Shown piece by piece: positions 36,600 to 45,785 of a DNA stretch of 64,000 bases; the stretch's first letter is position 1, and each line of letters begins with the position of its first letter. The DNA is taken from IMG/VR virus record IMGVR_UViG_2974799246_000001, positions 1 to 64,000 of that record, one strand, 5' to 3'. Origin of the DNA: a virus (taxonomy: Duplodnaviria; Caudoviricetes). Position numbers and translations under genes: made by a program. The notes under the pieces are model-generated. The model searched no databases, was not told the DNA's origin, and saw only the letters and a list, made by a program, of their open reading frames with translations.

Positions 36600-37580
36600 A
36601 TGTTGTTTGCATTAGGTTCCTGCCAAAAACGATTTAACGATCACCAGAATAGCGCGATTAACTTCGGTGCTATCTTCGATGACAACGTAACGAAAGACCA
36701 AGCGCTCTCCGATTGGGCAGGTAACGTTGCTCGCGCTGTTGCCGTATGCAACACAAAATCAGGAAACAGTCTGACGACAGGTCAGGTGCAAGGTCTAAAG
36801 GGCAATCGCCTGTATGCAGCCACAATATTCAGTCCGTCTATCAAACGCAGCTACGGCGATGCCAACTCGGCAATGTCCTTATCTGATTTGCGTCTGATAC
36901 AGCCTGCACCTGTAGCGTTAAACAATGCCGCCCCAACAACAATGGGAGAGCTTGGTTTCATACTGGCCGAACGTAGTGTCATGTATATGTTCAGGTCAGG
37001 AGGAACACCTCAACTGTACAGCACATACAACACTGCGCAAAGCTATAGCGCTCGCGCAGGCAGCGATGTAATCTACACCGTCACTACGGTCAACTCCCTG
37101 CACTACACACGTACAGCACGTATGCCCACAACACCGACAGGTAGTGTGACAACATCTGGCTCCGACATAACAGTGACGTCAGCGATAGGCTACGCGAATG
37201 TTGGTACAGCACAGGCGTCTGGTCAGTTCTTCGGAACGATTGATGGTGGATATCGCTATCAAATAAGCGGGCGTAATGCGCAAGGTCAGTTCTACACCAA
37301 CGACCCTGTTTTCTATAACGGTAATGGGCTATACGGTAACGTTGTACAAAACACTGATCGTAACCTGCGTATATCCATGGCTGTCAGTGGAGCTAACGAA
37401 ACGCCTGTGCCTAAATGGATGGGTAACGTGATTCAGATTGGCCGAGACTACTTCATGATGCGGTATGATATCGGAAGTGGTCTTGATCTGGAGAGCACCG
37501 CAACTCTTGTGCCTGGTGATAATGCTACGTTTACGCTTAACGCAACCAACTTAACATATCCTGACAGAGTATTAATGTAA
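36600..37580 (+). CDS. Putative virion fibre protein, paralogue of the 55.4-59.6 kb genes
   Basis: G/S/T/N/Y-rich; shares MLFA, IFDD, GLKGNRLY, MRYDIG motifs; own TAATTT at 36567. Confidence 0.6.
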   Translation: MLFALGSCQKRFNDHQNSAINFGAIFDDNVTKDQALSDWAGNVARAVAVCNTKSGNSLTTGQVQGLKGNRLYAATIFSPSIKRSYGDANSAMSLSDLRLIQPAPVALNNAAPTTMGELGFILAERSVMYMFRSGGTPQLYSTYNTAQSYSARAGSDVIYTVTTVNSLHYTRTARMPTTPTGSVTTSGSDITVTSAIGYANVGTAQASGQFFGTIDGGYRYQISGRNAQGQFYTNDPVFYNGNGLYGNVVQNTDRNLRISMAVSGANETPVPKWMGNVIQIGRDYFMMRYDIGSGLDLESTATLVPGDNATFTLNATNLTYPDRVLM

Positions 37581-37588
37581 GGACGACT

Positions 37589-38011
37589 ATGCTTCCTCTA
37601 GCACCAGCAACCAGAGTAGTCAGTATGCGCAACGGCAATAAGGACTATGATGTTCGTATTGACCGTGAAACCAAATGGGGCAACAAGTTCTATATGACCC
37701 ACGAGACTGTCGCAGAACGTAATCGTGTATGCGATGAACATGAAACTGACTTGTGGGAGAAGATAGAGAACGGTGAGATATTGTTGCGCCACCTTCTCGA
37801 ACTCTACGGAAAGAAACTTGGTTGTTGGTGCAGTCCAAAGCGTTGTCACGGTGACGCGTTGGTCAGAGCCGCAGAATGGGCATATCAGCTAAACTGTAAA
37901 TACGAGCGTATAAAACGTACTTACAGGAAAAGGCGAAATGCGAAGCGTAAACAAGCAGCGCAAAGTAAAAGCGCAAACACTCGTAACAAGAAGAAAATTC
38001 CTCGGCAGTAG
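37589..38011 (+). CDS. DUF4326 domain protein
   Basis: YDVRIDRETKWGNKF...LYGKKLGCWCSPKRCHGDAL. Confidence 0.85.
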   Translation: MLPLAPATRVVSMRNGNKDYDVRIDRETKWGNKFYMTHETVAERNRVCDEHETDLWEKIENGEILLRHLLELYGKKLGCWCSPKRCHGDALVRAAEWAYQLNCKYERIKRTYRKRRNAKRKQAAQSKSANTRNKKKIPRQ

Positions 38012-38018
38012 CCCTTCA

Positions 38019-38516
38019 ATGAAAGCCCTGAGCTGGGAAGTGTTCCAGAGCACATTCAAAGATGTTGCTTACGGACAGTTTCGCCTAGCTTGGGGCGCCT
38101 CTCTGGTAACAATCCATACGCTCGATCAGACACGCCCTAATTGTGATTACGAGTACCTTGAAAAACTCGATAAGCTGATTGACGCCCTCAAGACGTTTAC
38201 TCCAATCGTAGGCACGACCAACCAAGCAGCATTCCGTGAGTGGCTTAATCCTCTGGACACGTCTGCTACTGGAAGCGTTGCATACCACTACGATGTTGAG
38301 TCAACCGAATCCATCATCTACTTTGAACTGGCCAGTTGCGACGATAAGATTCGAATCTACCCTCATCACTTCCCTGCACCTCAGTTGAAAAACATGGTCC
38401 GTTGTTTGGATAACATCCGTGTGGAACTCGTCAACCATAGGGCGACTTACGTGCGTTTGATGAAGCAAATAGAATCTGTAAAGATCGGCTATACAGAACA
38501 AAAACAGGTGGCTTAA
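38019..38516 (+). CDS. Hypothetical protein
   Basis: ORF; start uncertain. Confidence 0.6.
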   Translation: MKALSWEVFQSTFKDVAYGQFRLAWGASLVTIHTLDQTRPNCDYEYLEKLDKLIDALKTFTPIVGTTNQAAFREWLNPLDTSATGSVAYHYDVESTESIIYFELASCDDKIRIYPHHFPAPQLKNMVRCLDNIRVELVNHRATYVRLMKQIESVKIGYTEQKQVA

Positions 38517-38519
38517 AAC

Positions 38520-38855
38520 ATGGCTCTAAATCATTTGCAGTATGCCCTTGGTCTGTTGGCCAAGGCAAGCGCACAGGTATCTCAGGCAGCACTTGACTGC
38601 CAGCAGCACGGCTTCGATCACGTAGACCCTAAGAGTCTCGTGGCACTGACAGCGCGTGAGCATTTGATCAGCGGTCTGGACGATGTTGCTGCGGCTGTGC
38701 TGTTCGTCGAGCGTGAAGCTGGACCACACTTCGAGTTCGTGCCTGATACTCGTCGTGCGCTTAACAAGATGGACCAGTTGCGTTCTCAGTTAGGCTTCGC
38801 TATTGAATCAGGTCATGCAGAGGGTTACGAGGACGAGGAGGACGAGGAAGAATGA
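38520..38855 (+). CDS. Degenerate MazG-like helical protein
   Basis: LLAKASAQVSQAALDCQQHG..REHLISGLDDV resembles LAEE.AEV.QA..K..RFG..RE.L..E..D without the acidic residues. Confidence 0.45.
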   Translation: MALNHLQYALGLLAKASAQVSQAALDCQQHGFDHVDPKSLVALTAREHLISGLDDVAAAVLFVEREAGPHFEFVPDTRRALNKMDQLRSQLGFAIESGHAEGYEDEEDEEE

Positions 38856-39361
38856 GCTACACGATGATCGTTCAGCACAACATCAAGCTGAAAACAAATA
38901 CGCCTAAGAAAGTGATCAATAAGATTCGTGCTTGGCATCGTGAACCGTGGGCGTTCGACTATCTTAATCGTCATTTCAAAATCGACGTGTATCGTGCTCT
39001 AGGCCCAGGTTGCGGCCGCTGCTTCAATCTTCGTGCGAAGCAGATCTTCAACGTCGGTAGCGGTGTTGTGCCGCATATCCGCACTACTGCGTTGTTCAGT
39101 CGCGGTAAAGATGGCGTTGAAGCGCTTCAACAATTCTTCGACTGTCTGGCCGAGTACATTGCTAACACCGACGAGGTGATTGCAGTCATTCGCGGTGAAG
39201 ACGGCCTGTTTGACCAAAACGAAGGCATGACCAATATGTTTGAGGACGTGCCTAAAGCCTATGGCTATTATGCAGTGCGCATCGTTAACGATCACGCCAA
39301 AATCGAATGGACGGTTGACGATATCTATGAACAATTACCTTGGGTAACCTATGCTTACTAA
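38852..39361 (+). CDS. Hypothetical protein
   Basis: ATGA overlap. Confidence 0.65.
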   Translation: MSYTMIVQHNIKLKTNTPKKVINKIRAWHREPWAFDYLNRHFKIDVYRALGPGCGRCFNLRAKQIFNVGSGVVPHIRTTALFSRGKDGVEALQQFFDCLAEYIANTDEVIAVIRGEDGLFDQNEGMTNMFEDVPKAYGYYAVRIVNDHAKIEWTVDDIYEQLPWVTYAY

Positions 39362-40025
39362 CATTGCTCGACTTGTCGCTACACAAGCACACGCTGGTCA
39401 GGTACGCAAGTACACTAACGAGCCGTATGTCAATCACCCTGAACGTGTATCTGCCTGGCTTTCCCAGTTTCACGTAGGCGAAGTGATTGAGGCTGCTGCC
39501 CTCTGCCATGATGTGCTGGAAGACTGCGACGTTAGTTACTCTGCGCTCGAAATGACTGTCGGTACTCAGGTTGCAGATCTGGTGCAGGAAGTCACTAACG
39601 GCGTTTATCCTGAAGGTACGCCCCGCATCGAGAAGTATTGGGGAAACATCCTCAAGTTACTGCAAGCCAGTCATCAGGCGCAAACTCTCAAGTGCGGTGA
39701 TATCTACGACAACTGCAAAGACGTGTACGACCGTGACCCGTCTTATGCTGCGCGTTACATCGCAGAGAAGTTCTTCCTCGTGCGTTCGTTCACTCGCGCT
39801 CAGGGTGACGTGCGCGATGCAACGCTAAATCTGCTGTCTGAGATCTATAACGGCATGTCTGACGGCCATAAGATTTACTGTCTGGAGTACATTCAGCACA
39901 TTGGCCGCGAGTGTCCAGACGACATGGTTGTTCGTTTCCACAACATTATGGTTGAAGCCAACACCTACAATGGCTGCACCCTTCGTATCGGGGATAACTA
40001 TGGAACTGCGCCTGCCTCCGTTTAA
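39351..40025 (+). CDS. HD-domain (Mesh1/SpoT-like) (p)ppNpp hydrolase
   Basis: AHAGQVRKYTNEPYVNHP, ALCHDVLED, VADLVQEVT, LKCGDIYDN. Confidence 0.85.
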   Translation: MLTNIARLVATQAHAGQVRKYTNEPYVNHPERVSAWLSQFHVGEVIEAAALCHDVLEDCDVSYSALEMTVGTQVADLVQEVTNGVYPEGTPRIEKYWGNILKLLQASHQAQTLKCGDIYDNCKDVYDRDPSYAARYIAEKFFLVRSFTRAQGDVRDATLNLLSEIYNGMSDGHKIYCLEYIQHIGRECPDDMVVRFHNIMVEANTYNGCTLRIGDNYGTAPASV

Positions 40026-40374
40026 AACTCGGTCTGTGCTGGTTGAGCACATGGACGTTAAGCAAAAGCAAGCTGTAGCTATTCTGACAGTCAGTGAGAC
40101 TAGCTGGTGGGGATATAAGAAACGGCATTTGCGTATAGCTATGCAATGCCGTAAGACCACACGCAAAGAACCAGAGTGGTCTGCATTAGTTCGCTGGGAT
40201 GATGGCTACATGGTCACGCCAATCTGCAAGGACAGTGACGTCCTGACAGTAGCAACCAATACACTACGCGATATGCGCAACATGAACATGACACATTATG
40301 ATCAGTTGCTTGCGCACCGCCTATCCATTCATATGAGAAAGCATCATGGCAAAACTCTCGCTGCATCTGTTTGA
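40000..40374 (+). CDS. Hypothetical protein
   Basis: ATG 40000 with GGGGA RBS. Confidence 0.55.
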   Translation: MELRLPPFKTRSVLVEHMDVKQKQAVAILTVSETSWWGYKKRHLRIAMQCRKTTRKEPEWSALVRWDDGYMVTPICKDSDVLTVATNTLRDMRNMNMTHYDQLLAHRLSIHMRKHHGKTLAASV

Positions 40375-40729
40375 AAACGTGGTGAACGAACAGGAGTTCG
40401 CTGAACGTCGCTTCCACAAAAGCATTATGTTCATGCACGGTGTATCGTCCAATAGTCCTTACGCCAAAGACAGTCTTCCTGTGACGTTCGCTGTGTACGA
40501 AGTCGGTGATACCCGCACGTATGCTGCAACTGTTGGACAGAAGCTGTCTGAACGGCTACAGGAAGCGATGAACCTTGAGCCTGTGCGTGTTTGGCAGTTG
40601 GTTCGTCGCGGTAATGATGTGTTCTTTGTTGGCGAAAGCTCCGAAGCAATCGTCGCAGACAACGTGGTACCGTTAGAGATTCGTGTGGAGGGAGGGCAAG
40701 ATGCTGAACGCTGCTGGTCCCGCGCTTGA
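40346..40729 (+). CDS. Hypothetical protein
   Basis: ORF in operon. Confidence 0.6.
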   Translation: MAKLSLHLFENVVNEQEFAERRFHKSIMFMHGVSSNSPYAKDSLPVTFAVYEVGDTRTYAATVGQKLSERLQEAMNLEPVRVWQLVRRGNDVFFVGESSEAIVADNVVPLEIRVEGGQDAERCWSRA

Positions 40730-41351
40730 GTTAACAACGAAAGACGTTGAAGCGTACTGGCGTGGTCGTGCGTACATTGAAGCCGCTCGTTTGGCTCATG
40801 ATGCGCACGATGACAAGACAGCCAACACCATGACGTATCAGGCGATTGAGCCTTATCTCGAACAAGGCCGTGCTGCTATTGCTGATGAACGAGCGGCGCA
40901 TACAGGTGATGACTTACCTGACGCCGTGTTTGAAGAAGGGCAGACGCTCGAAGCGCGTTTCGTTGTGCTGCTGGCTTTGATGTTGGACAGTGATCGACAG
41001 GAAGTTGGCGGGAAGACGATTCTTTCCATGGCGCATCTGTCTGCGGCGGCGCGTGATAAGAAAATCGTGTTAGTGCTTAACGGCCACAACACCGATCTCG
41101 CTCGCTCTTTGGCCCTTGAGTCTGGTTATGAGGTACGTGACTCAGGCCTGATCGCGGCTATTAGCGAAAAGATGGCCAGATGTTCACAGAGCACAGGTTT
41201 CTTTGAACTTGATACGCCTCGTATCGCCAAAGAGCCTGATGTTAATCTCAAGGCCGTTAGGCAGAAGCATAATCGTGTTGGACGCCATGCAGGTAATCAG
41301 CGCTTCAACGCGAAGCCTCAGCGTCAGAACTTCAAAGGCCGTGGCCGATGA
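40701..41351 (+). CDS. Hypothetical protein
   Basis: GGAGG RBS before ATG 40701. Confidence 0.65.
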   Translation: MLNAAGPALELTTKDVEAYWRGRAYIEAARLAHDAHDDKTANTMTYQAIEPYLEQGRAAIADERAAHTGDDLPDAVFEEGQTLEARFVVLLALMLDSDRQEVGGKTILSMAHLSAAARDKKIVLVLNGHNTDLARSLALESGYEVRDSGLIAAISEKMARCSQSTGFFELDTPRIAKEPDVNLKAVRQKHNRVGRHAGNQRFNAKPQRQNFKGRGR

Positions 41352-41716
41352 TTCACGAAATGTATGCGATTGAGTACGCGAATAATGTTCCCACGCGTAT
41401 TCACGTATTTCGTCCAGAGAAAGACACGCAGCAATCTGATTACCGTGCGCTCGTCAGCATGGGCGCTTTCGATAAGCATATGGGTTTGATATGTGCTCGT
41501 GATCTTGCAGCGAAACGCTTCTGGTTGAAACGCAAGTTCGAATGGGAACAACTGGTGGAGAGCGACAGGCGTATGATGCGCCTACGTCATTCTCCTATTT
41601 GGATTAATCTTCCAAAGCAGATACACGATGACCTGTGGTCGTTCTATCGTGCAGTCGGCTGGGACTACAAGAGCAAGCGATTCGTTGACCAAAAATCCAC
41701 TATCTCTGCCGTGTGA
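41348..41716 (+). CDS. Hypothetical protein
   Basis: ATGA overlap. Confidence 0.6.
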   Translation: MIHEMYAIEYANNVPTRIHVFRPEKDTQQSDYRALVSMGAFDKHMGLICARDLAAKRFWLKRKFEWEQLVESDRRMMRLRHSPIWINLPKQIHDDLWSFYRAVGWDYKSKRFVDQKSTISAV

Positions 41717-41847
41717 AGTAACTAGCTTACTCGCGGTATCAACGCGCAGCGGGAAATTTCTCGAAGTGCTGAATAGCAACATCATTATACCAGCCGGGCA
41801 AAGTATCAGTCATGTTGTCGATGCCGCCCTTGTTGAGGGGAACATTC

Positions 41848-42195
41848 ATGAGCCTGAAAGACTGGTTGATAACGACGGAGACAGTCATCCATAAGATGGT
41901 TGTCGATCCAAAAGAAGGTACGGCAGCAGGTCTGGTCGAGACTGTCTACTACGGACCTAAACGCACTGGCGGGCAGCGTCTGCACAGCGCAACTCTGTCC
42001 TGCGTCTGCCATGATATCTATCGTCGCCATTTGACGTGGACTGATATTAATGGCATGGCAGACTTGCTGCCTAAGTATAACACCGCGAAGTCATTGAGCC
42101 GTAGACTGCGCACCGAAATAAACAAACTCGTAGCTGAGGGTAAAATCAATGGCGAGTCCATTATCAGAGATGCGTATCGGCAGCCCACTGCCTGA
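41848..42195 (+). CDS. Hypothetical protein
   Basis: GAGGGG RBS before ATG 41848. Confidence 0.6.
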   Translation: MSLKDWLITTETVIHKMVVDPKEGTAAGLVETVYYGPKRTGGQRLHSATLSCVCHDIYRRHLTWTDINGMADLLPKYNTAKSLSRRLRTEINKLVAEGKINGESIIRDAYRQPTA

Positions 42196-42871
42196 TTCAA
42201 AAGAACTTATCGCCAAGCAGTTGCGCGACGGTACGATTGAATTCCTGTCGGGCGTGGATGCTCTGGACGCATTAAGCACCGTGACGCTGCGCTCTGCTTC
42301 TGAAATCGGTCTGGATGTATTGAACGGTACTTGGTGCTTCTCGCCTAAGTATATGTACGAAACGCGTCATCCAGTTTCGTACACGTTCGGACACACGCAA
42401 GCGAAAGAGATCGGCGGGTACAGTGACCTGCTGCACACGATGGTGCAGAAAGCCGCGCAAGAGTTCTACTACGGACCTCTTGGTCTTATCCGCAAGTTCC
42501 TCATTCAGCATGAAGCACAGACAGGGAAGACTGACCTGTTGCTGCCTCAGGAGTGGTCTGTTGTTATCGACGACAACCTGAAAATGCAGGACTTCCTGGG
42601 CGTCATCGAAGGCTATGTCCGTGGTAACGCACGACAAGCTGTTGCTGCGGCCGTGTATGAACAGTTCTACTCTGACACGCAGAACCCAACTCGGCCTGTC
42701 CGTCTGGTGTACAAGCGTTCGGGTGTTTGGATTTACCCTGCCGATGATACCAAGATTCGTGGTCGTGGTCAGTTTGATATGACGCCTATTATCCGCTTCA
42801 TTTCGAACCCGAGAGGACACGGCCTCAATCAGGAGATTTTCAAAGCGTATCGTGCGCTCGTAAATCTGTAA
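42170..42871 (+). CDS. Hypothetical protein
   Basis: Long ORF; start uncertain (42149 or 42170). Confidence 0.65.
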   Translation: MRIGSPLPDSKELIAKQLRDGTIEFLSGVDALDALSTVTLRSASEIGLDVLNGTWCFSPKYMYETRHPVSYTFGHTQAKEIGGYSDLLHTMVQKAAQEFYYGPLGLIRKFLIQHEAQTGKTDLLLPQEWSVVIDDNLKMQDFLGVIEGYVRGNARQAVAAAVYEQFYSDTQNPTRPVRLVYKRSGVWIYPADDTKIRGRGQFDMTPIIRFISNPRGHGLNQEIFKAYRALVNL

Positions 42872-42931
42872 ATACTGATTGCTAAAGTTATCCGTTTAAT
42901 CTGACTATCAAATCTCTATAAGGAAAGAATC

Positions 42932-43633
42932 ATGCCTTCTGTTAATGAAGCTCGCTCTCGTTCTGGTGTAGTTGACAACAGCGCCAAGTCGGTCAAAGGT
43001 GCAAACAAAGCAGGTCCTATTAAAGGTGGCGAACGTCCTATGGCGGCCGCTGGTGCTGCTCCTGCGTACCATCAGGTTCAACCGAACGTTCAGCCGGGTA
43101 GTGTTGCCGCTTCTCTGTCAGGCCGCGCTTCAAATATCAGCGTTGCCACTGCTGATCTTGCGACTGTACTGGCCCGTCTGGGCATATATGATGCAGAGCC
43201 TCGTCTGGACCAAACCTCCTGCTCTACCGAAAACGTACTGGCCGTTCTGGACAATCACGTTAACCTCGAAGTGCGTTCTCTCGAAACCTTCCTGACTGCT
43301 GCTATCTACGGCGCCGAAGACAAAGAAGTGTGTGACGAGTGCGATCAGGAAGAAGTGAAGGGCGGCGTTGCTGAAACTAACTACGGCAGCAAGTTCTTCT
43401 ATCACGCCGATGTTATTCACAGCCGTCTGCGCGACATTGATCGCAAGCTGGAGCGTATTCGTGTTTCTCTGCTGGGCGAACGTCCTGCTGTGGCCGAAGC
43501 GAAAACTGCAAACAACGACAGCACCGCCAGCCTGCATCAGTGCGTGTCAGTTCTGATCTCCCGTATTGATACTACGGTTGAGCGTGTGACTGAGCTGACC
43601 TCCGATATCCGTAACGGCCTGCTGGGCGAGTAA
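42932..43633 (+). CDS. Helical hypothetical protein, paralogue of the next gene
   Basis: AAGGA RBS; shares motifs with 43639..44598. Confidence 0.7.
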   Translation: MPSVNEARSRSGVVDNSAKSVKGANKAGPIKGGERPMAAAGAAPAYHQVQPNVQPGSVAASLSGRASNISVATADLATVLARLGIYDAEPRLDQTSCSTENVLAVLDNHVNLEVRSLETFLTAAIYGAEDKEVCDECDQEEVKGGVAETNYGSKFFYHADVIHSRLRDIDRKLERIRVSLLGERPAVAEAKTANNDSTASLHQCVSVLISRIDTTVERVTELTSDIRNGLLGE

Positions 43634-43638
43634 TCGTC

Positions 43639-44598
43639 GTGCCTCGTCTTACACCTTCTTTTGGAGAAATAATCGTGATCGATTTTGACAATACTGTTAT
43701 TCGTTTCGACGAAGAACGGCGCCCGTACTACACCGCTCGCGGCGCTAAAGGTAAGTTCGAACGTGTCTATCTGAGCGATGCAGAACAGCAGTCCTACAAA
43801 GAGCACGAAGTAGAAAAACGCGATCGTCTGAACAGCCAGGCTGTAGCGCCTGCGCGTAGTTTCCATGAAAGCGGTCCTACAGGTCCCGTTGGTCCAGGTC
43901 CATGCCCTGTAGGCGAAATCGCAGAACAAGAGCCAGATGAAGTTGATATGCCTATGCCGTTAGAGCTGACCGAAGTTCCTCAGTCTCCTGCTCGTACTCT
44001 GGCCTGTCGCTCCGTTACGCTGATCAACTCCATGGCTGACTTGTCTGGCGCACTGTACGCGTTCGGTGTTATCGACACCAATCACGTCGGTAATCTGACG
44101 CACTTCATCCACCAGCAGATGAACAACGAAGAATGCGGTGAAGACTCTGACGGCGGCCTGGTATCGGCGTATGCTTTCACCAATCGCATCGCTGCAAACC
44201 TGTACCACACGTATAACGACGAGCGCTCCTACAGTCCTATGTTCGTTGTAGCGGAGCACGTAACGCCTGTTGTTACGCTGCTGCAATATCTGATGGGTAT
44301 TGCATTCCCTAACGGTGACATGGCAGTTCGCGCACAGCAACAGGGTCTGATGTATCGTAAGAACGATGACCTGCGTAGCTTGATCGAAGATCTGCAAACC
44401 GTGTACAACAACATTCAGGCTGATCTCGGCTATGCTGGCGAAACGTTTGTTGGTGAAGTCCCTGCTGAAATCGGCGGTGACTTGGTTCTGACAGAAGGCT
44501 TGTCTAAAATCGGTCTGGTTCGTGCTGCCGACGAAATGGTGCAGTACCTGATCAACCGTGTAGACACTCTGGTAAGTATGCTGAACGCAGAAATGTAA
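43639..44598 (+). CDS. Helical hypothetical protein
   Basis: 319-aa ORF ending at the convergent terminator. Confidence 0.7.
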   Translation: MPRLTPSFGEIIVIDFDNTVIRFDEERRPYYTARGAKGKFERVYLSDAEQQSYKEHEVEKRDRLNSQAVAPARSFHESGPTGPVGPGPCPVGEIAEQEPDEVDMPMPLELTEVPQSPARTLACRSVTLINSMADLSGALYAFGVIDTNHVGNLTHFIHQQMNNEECGEDSDGGLVSAYAFTNRIAANLYHTYNDERSYSPMFVVAEHVTPVVTLLQYLMGIAFPNGDMAVRAQQQGLMYRKNDDLRSLIEDLQTVYNNIQADLGYAGETFVGEVPAEIGGDLVLTEGLSKIGLVRAADEMVQYLINRVDTLVSMLNAEM

Positions 44599-44616
44599 TT
44601 AGGCGCTGTGGAAATA

Positions 44617-44654
44617 GAAAAGGGCGGCCCTCGTGATGAGAGTCGCCCTTTTTC
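44617..44654. terminator. Bidirectional intrinsic terminator at the strand switch
   Basis: GAAAAGGGCGGC..CTC-GTGAT-GAG..GTCGCCCTTTTTC; A-tract before and T-tract after the stem, between convergent stops. Confidence 0.8.
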
Positions 44655-44655
44655 G

Positions 44656-45120
44656 TTATAACGCCAAACCAATACCAATGGCTGCTGCGATACGTGTCAT
44701 CCACAGCTGGAAGTTCGCTGCCTTTTGGTCTTCAATGCGAGCCTTACGCTCCGCCACCAAATCCTCAGACAAACCGTTAGCCCTCACTTCTTCTGCTTGG
44801 GCTAAACGCAGTAACTTGTTGCGCTCATCAATCGTAAGGTTGAGAACGTCAATCAACTTGTTGCGCTCTTCGGTACGATCTTGTCCCGCCTTGTACAGGT
44901 TGATCAAATCAACCATGCCCTTATTGTCCAGAACTGCTACCTTCCGCTCATCAATCACTTTGATTTTGACGGCAGGCTTGGCAGGAACCTTCTCTGGCGT
45001 CCACTCAACACGATTAATCTGCTGAATGTCCTGCATGGTCGTTTTCTTCTGCTCGCTAATCCCAGACAGTGAACTGCATCCAGAAACGAGCAACAACAGG
45101 AGTAACGTGATTATTCTCAT
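44656..45120 (-). CDS. Lipoprotein, spanin-like (o-spanin or u-spanin topology)
   Basis: MRIITLLLLLLVSG-C lipobox with Ser at +2; coiled coil; C-terminal hydrophobic RIAAAIGIGLAL. Confidence 0.6.
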   Translation of the reverse strand: MRIITLLLLLLVSGCSSLSGISEQKKTTMQDIQQINRVEWTPEKVPAKPAVKIKVIDERKVAVLDNKGMVDLINLYKAGQDRTEERNKLIDVLNLTIDERNKLLRLAQAEEVRANGLSEDLVAERKARIEDQKAANFQLWMTRIAAAIGIGLAL

Positions 45121-45413
45121 AGCTTATTGTACCTGTCTACCAGCTCATCCATGCTGTCATCTTCTGACGGAGGCTTAACATCAGTCTCAGGCTTCCGCTC
45201 GTTCAGGTCCTTCACCGCATCGTTGACAGTCTGGCTGTCTTGGACTTGGTTCTTGATTGCCTGTTCGCGCGTATTCTCATCGGCTTTCTGCTCACCTGTC
45301 GTAGTCGAAGCGCTTGTCGCAGGACGGCGAAGTAGCAACGCCGACACGATAAGCACCGCAACAGATGCGAAAACCTTCCAGTATTTTCTCAACAACTCAA
45401 TAGCCTTAGACAT
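45117..45413 (-). CDS. Inner-membrane spanin-like protein
   Basis: Single N-terminal TM followed by a polar helical domain; overlaps the lipoprotein gene. Confidence 0.55.
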   Translation of the reverse strand: MSKAIELLRKYWKVFASVAVLIVSALLLRRPATSASTTTGEQKADENTREQAIKNQVQDSQTVNDAVKDLNERKPETDVKPPSEDDSMDELVDRYNKL

Positions 45414-45429
45414 AATCAGCACTCCTGCA

Positions 45430-45732
45430 TTATTCTGCGTCTTCTTTCTTTGCTGCCTTAGAAGTCTGCGTGTTAATCAGGTTCTCAACGGTGAATGCCA
45501 AGCTAAAGTAAGTCAGATGGTCAGTCTGTCCTGCTGTCAGCATACCGATGAACATGCCCGTAGACACAAACACTGCGGCGATAGACGAGATTGGATTTGA
45601 CGTCCAATACTCTTTCCAGTTGAGGCCTTCTCGCTTGGTCTTGACCACATAGTTCATCAAGACTCCGCCGACATATGAAAGCAAGAAGGCTACGATTTGA
45701 ATCGGCGCGAGATTCGTTACTACATCACCCAT
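45430..45732 (-). CDS. Putative holin
   Basis: 100 aa, 2-3 TM segments, charged C-tail KAAKKEDAE; upstream of the spanin-like pair. Confidence 0.55.
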   Translation of the reverse strand: MGDVVTNLAPIQIVAFLLSYVGGVLMNYVVKTKREGLNWKEYWTSNPISSIAAVFVSTGMFIGMLTAGQTDHLTYFSLAFTVENLINTQTSKAAKKEDAE

Positions 45733-45751
45733 TTTCAATACTCCGTATCGA

Positions 45752-45781
45752 CAAAAGAAAGGGAGAGCCGAAGCCCTCCCT
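45752..45781 (-). terminator. Intrinsic terminator
   Basis: Minus strand AGGGAGGGC-TTCG-GCTCTCCCT-TTCTTTT. Confidence 0.75.
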
Positions 45782-45785
45782 ATGG

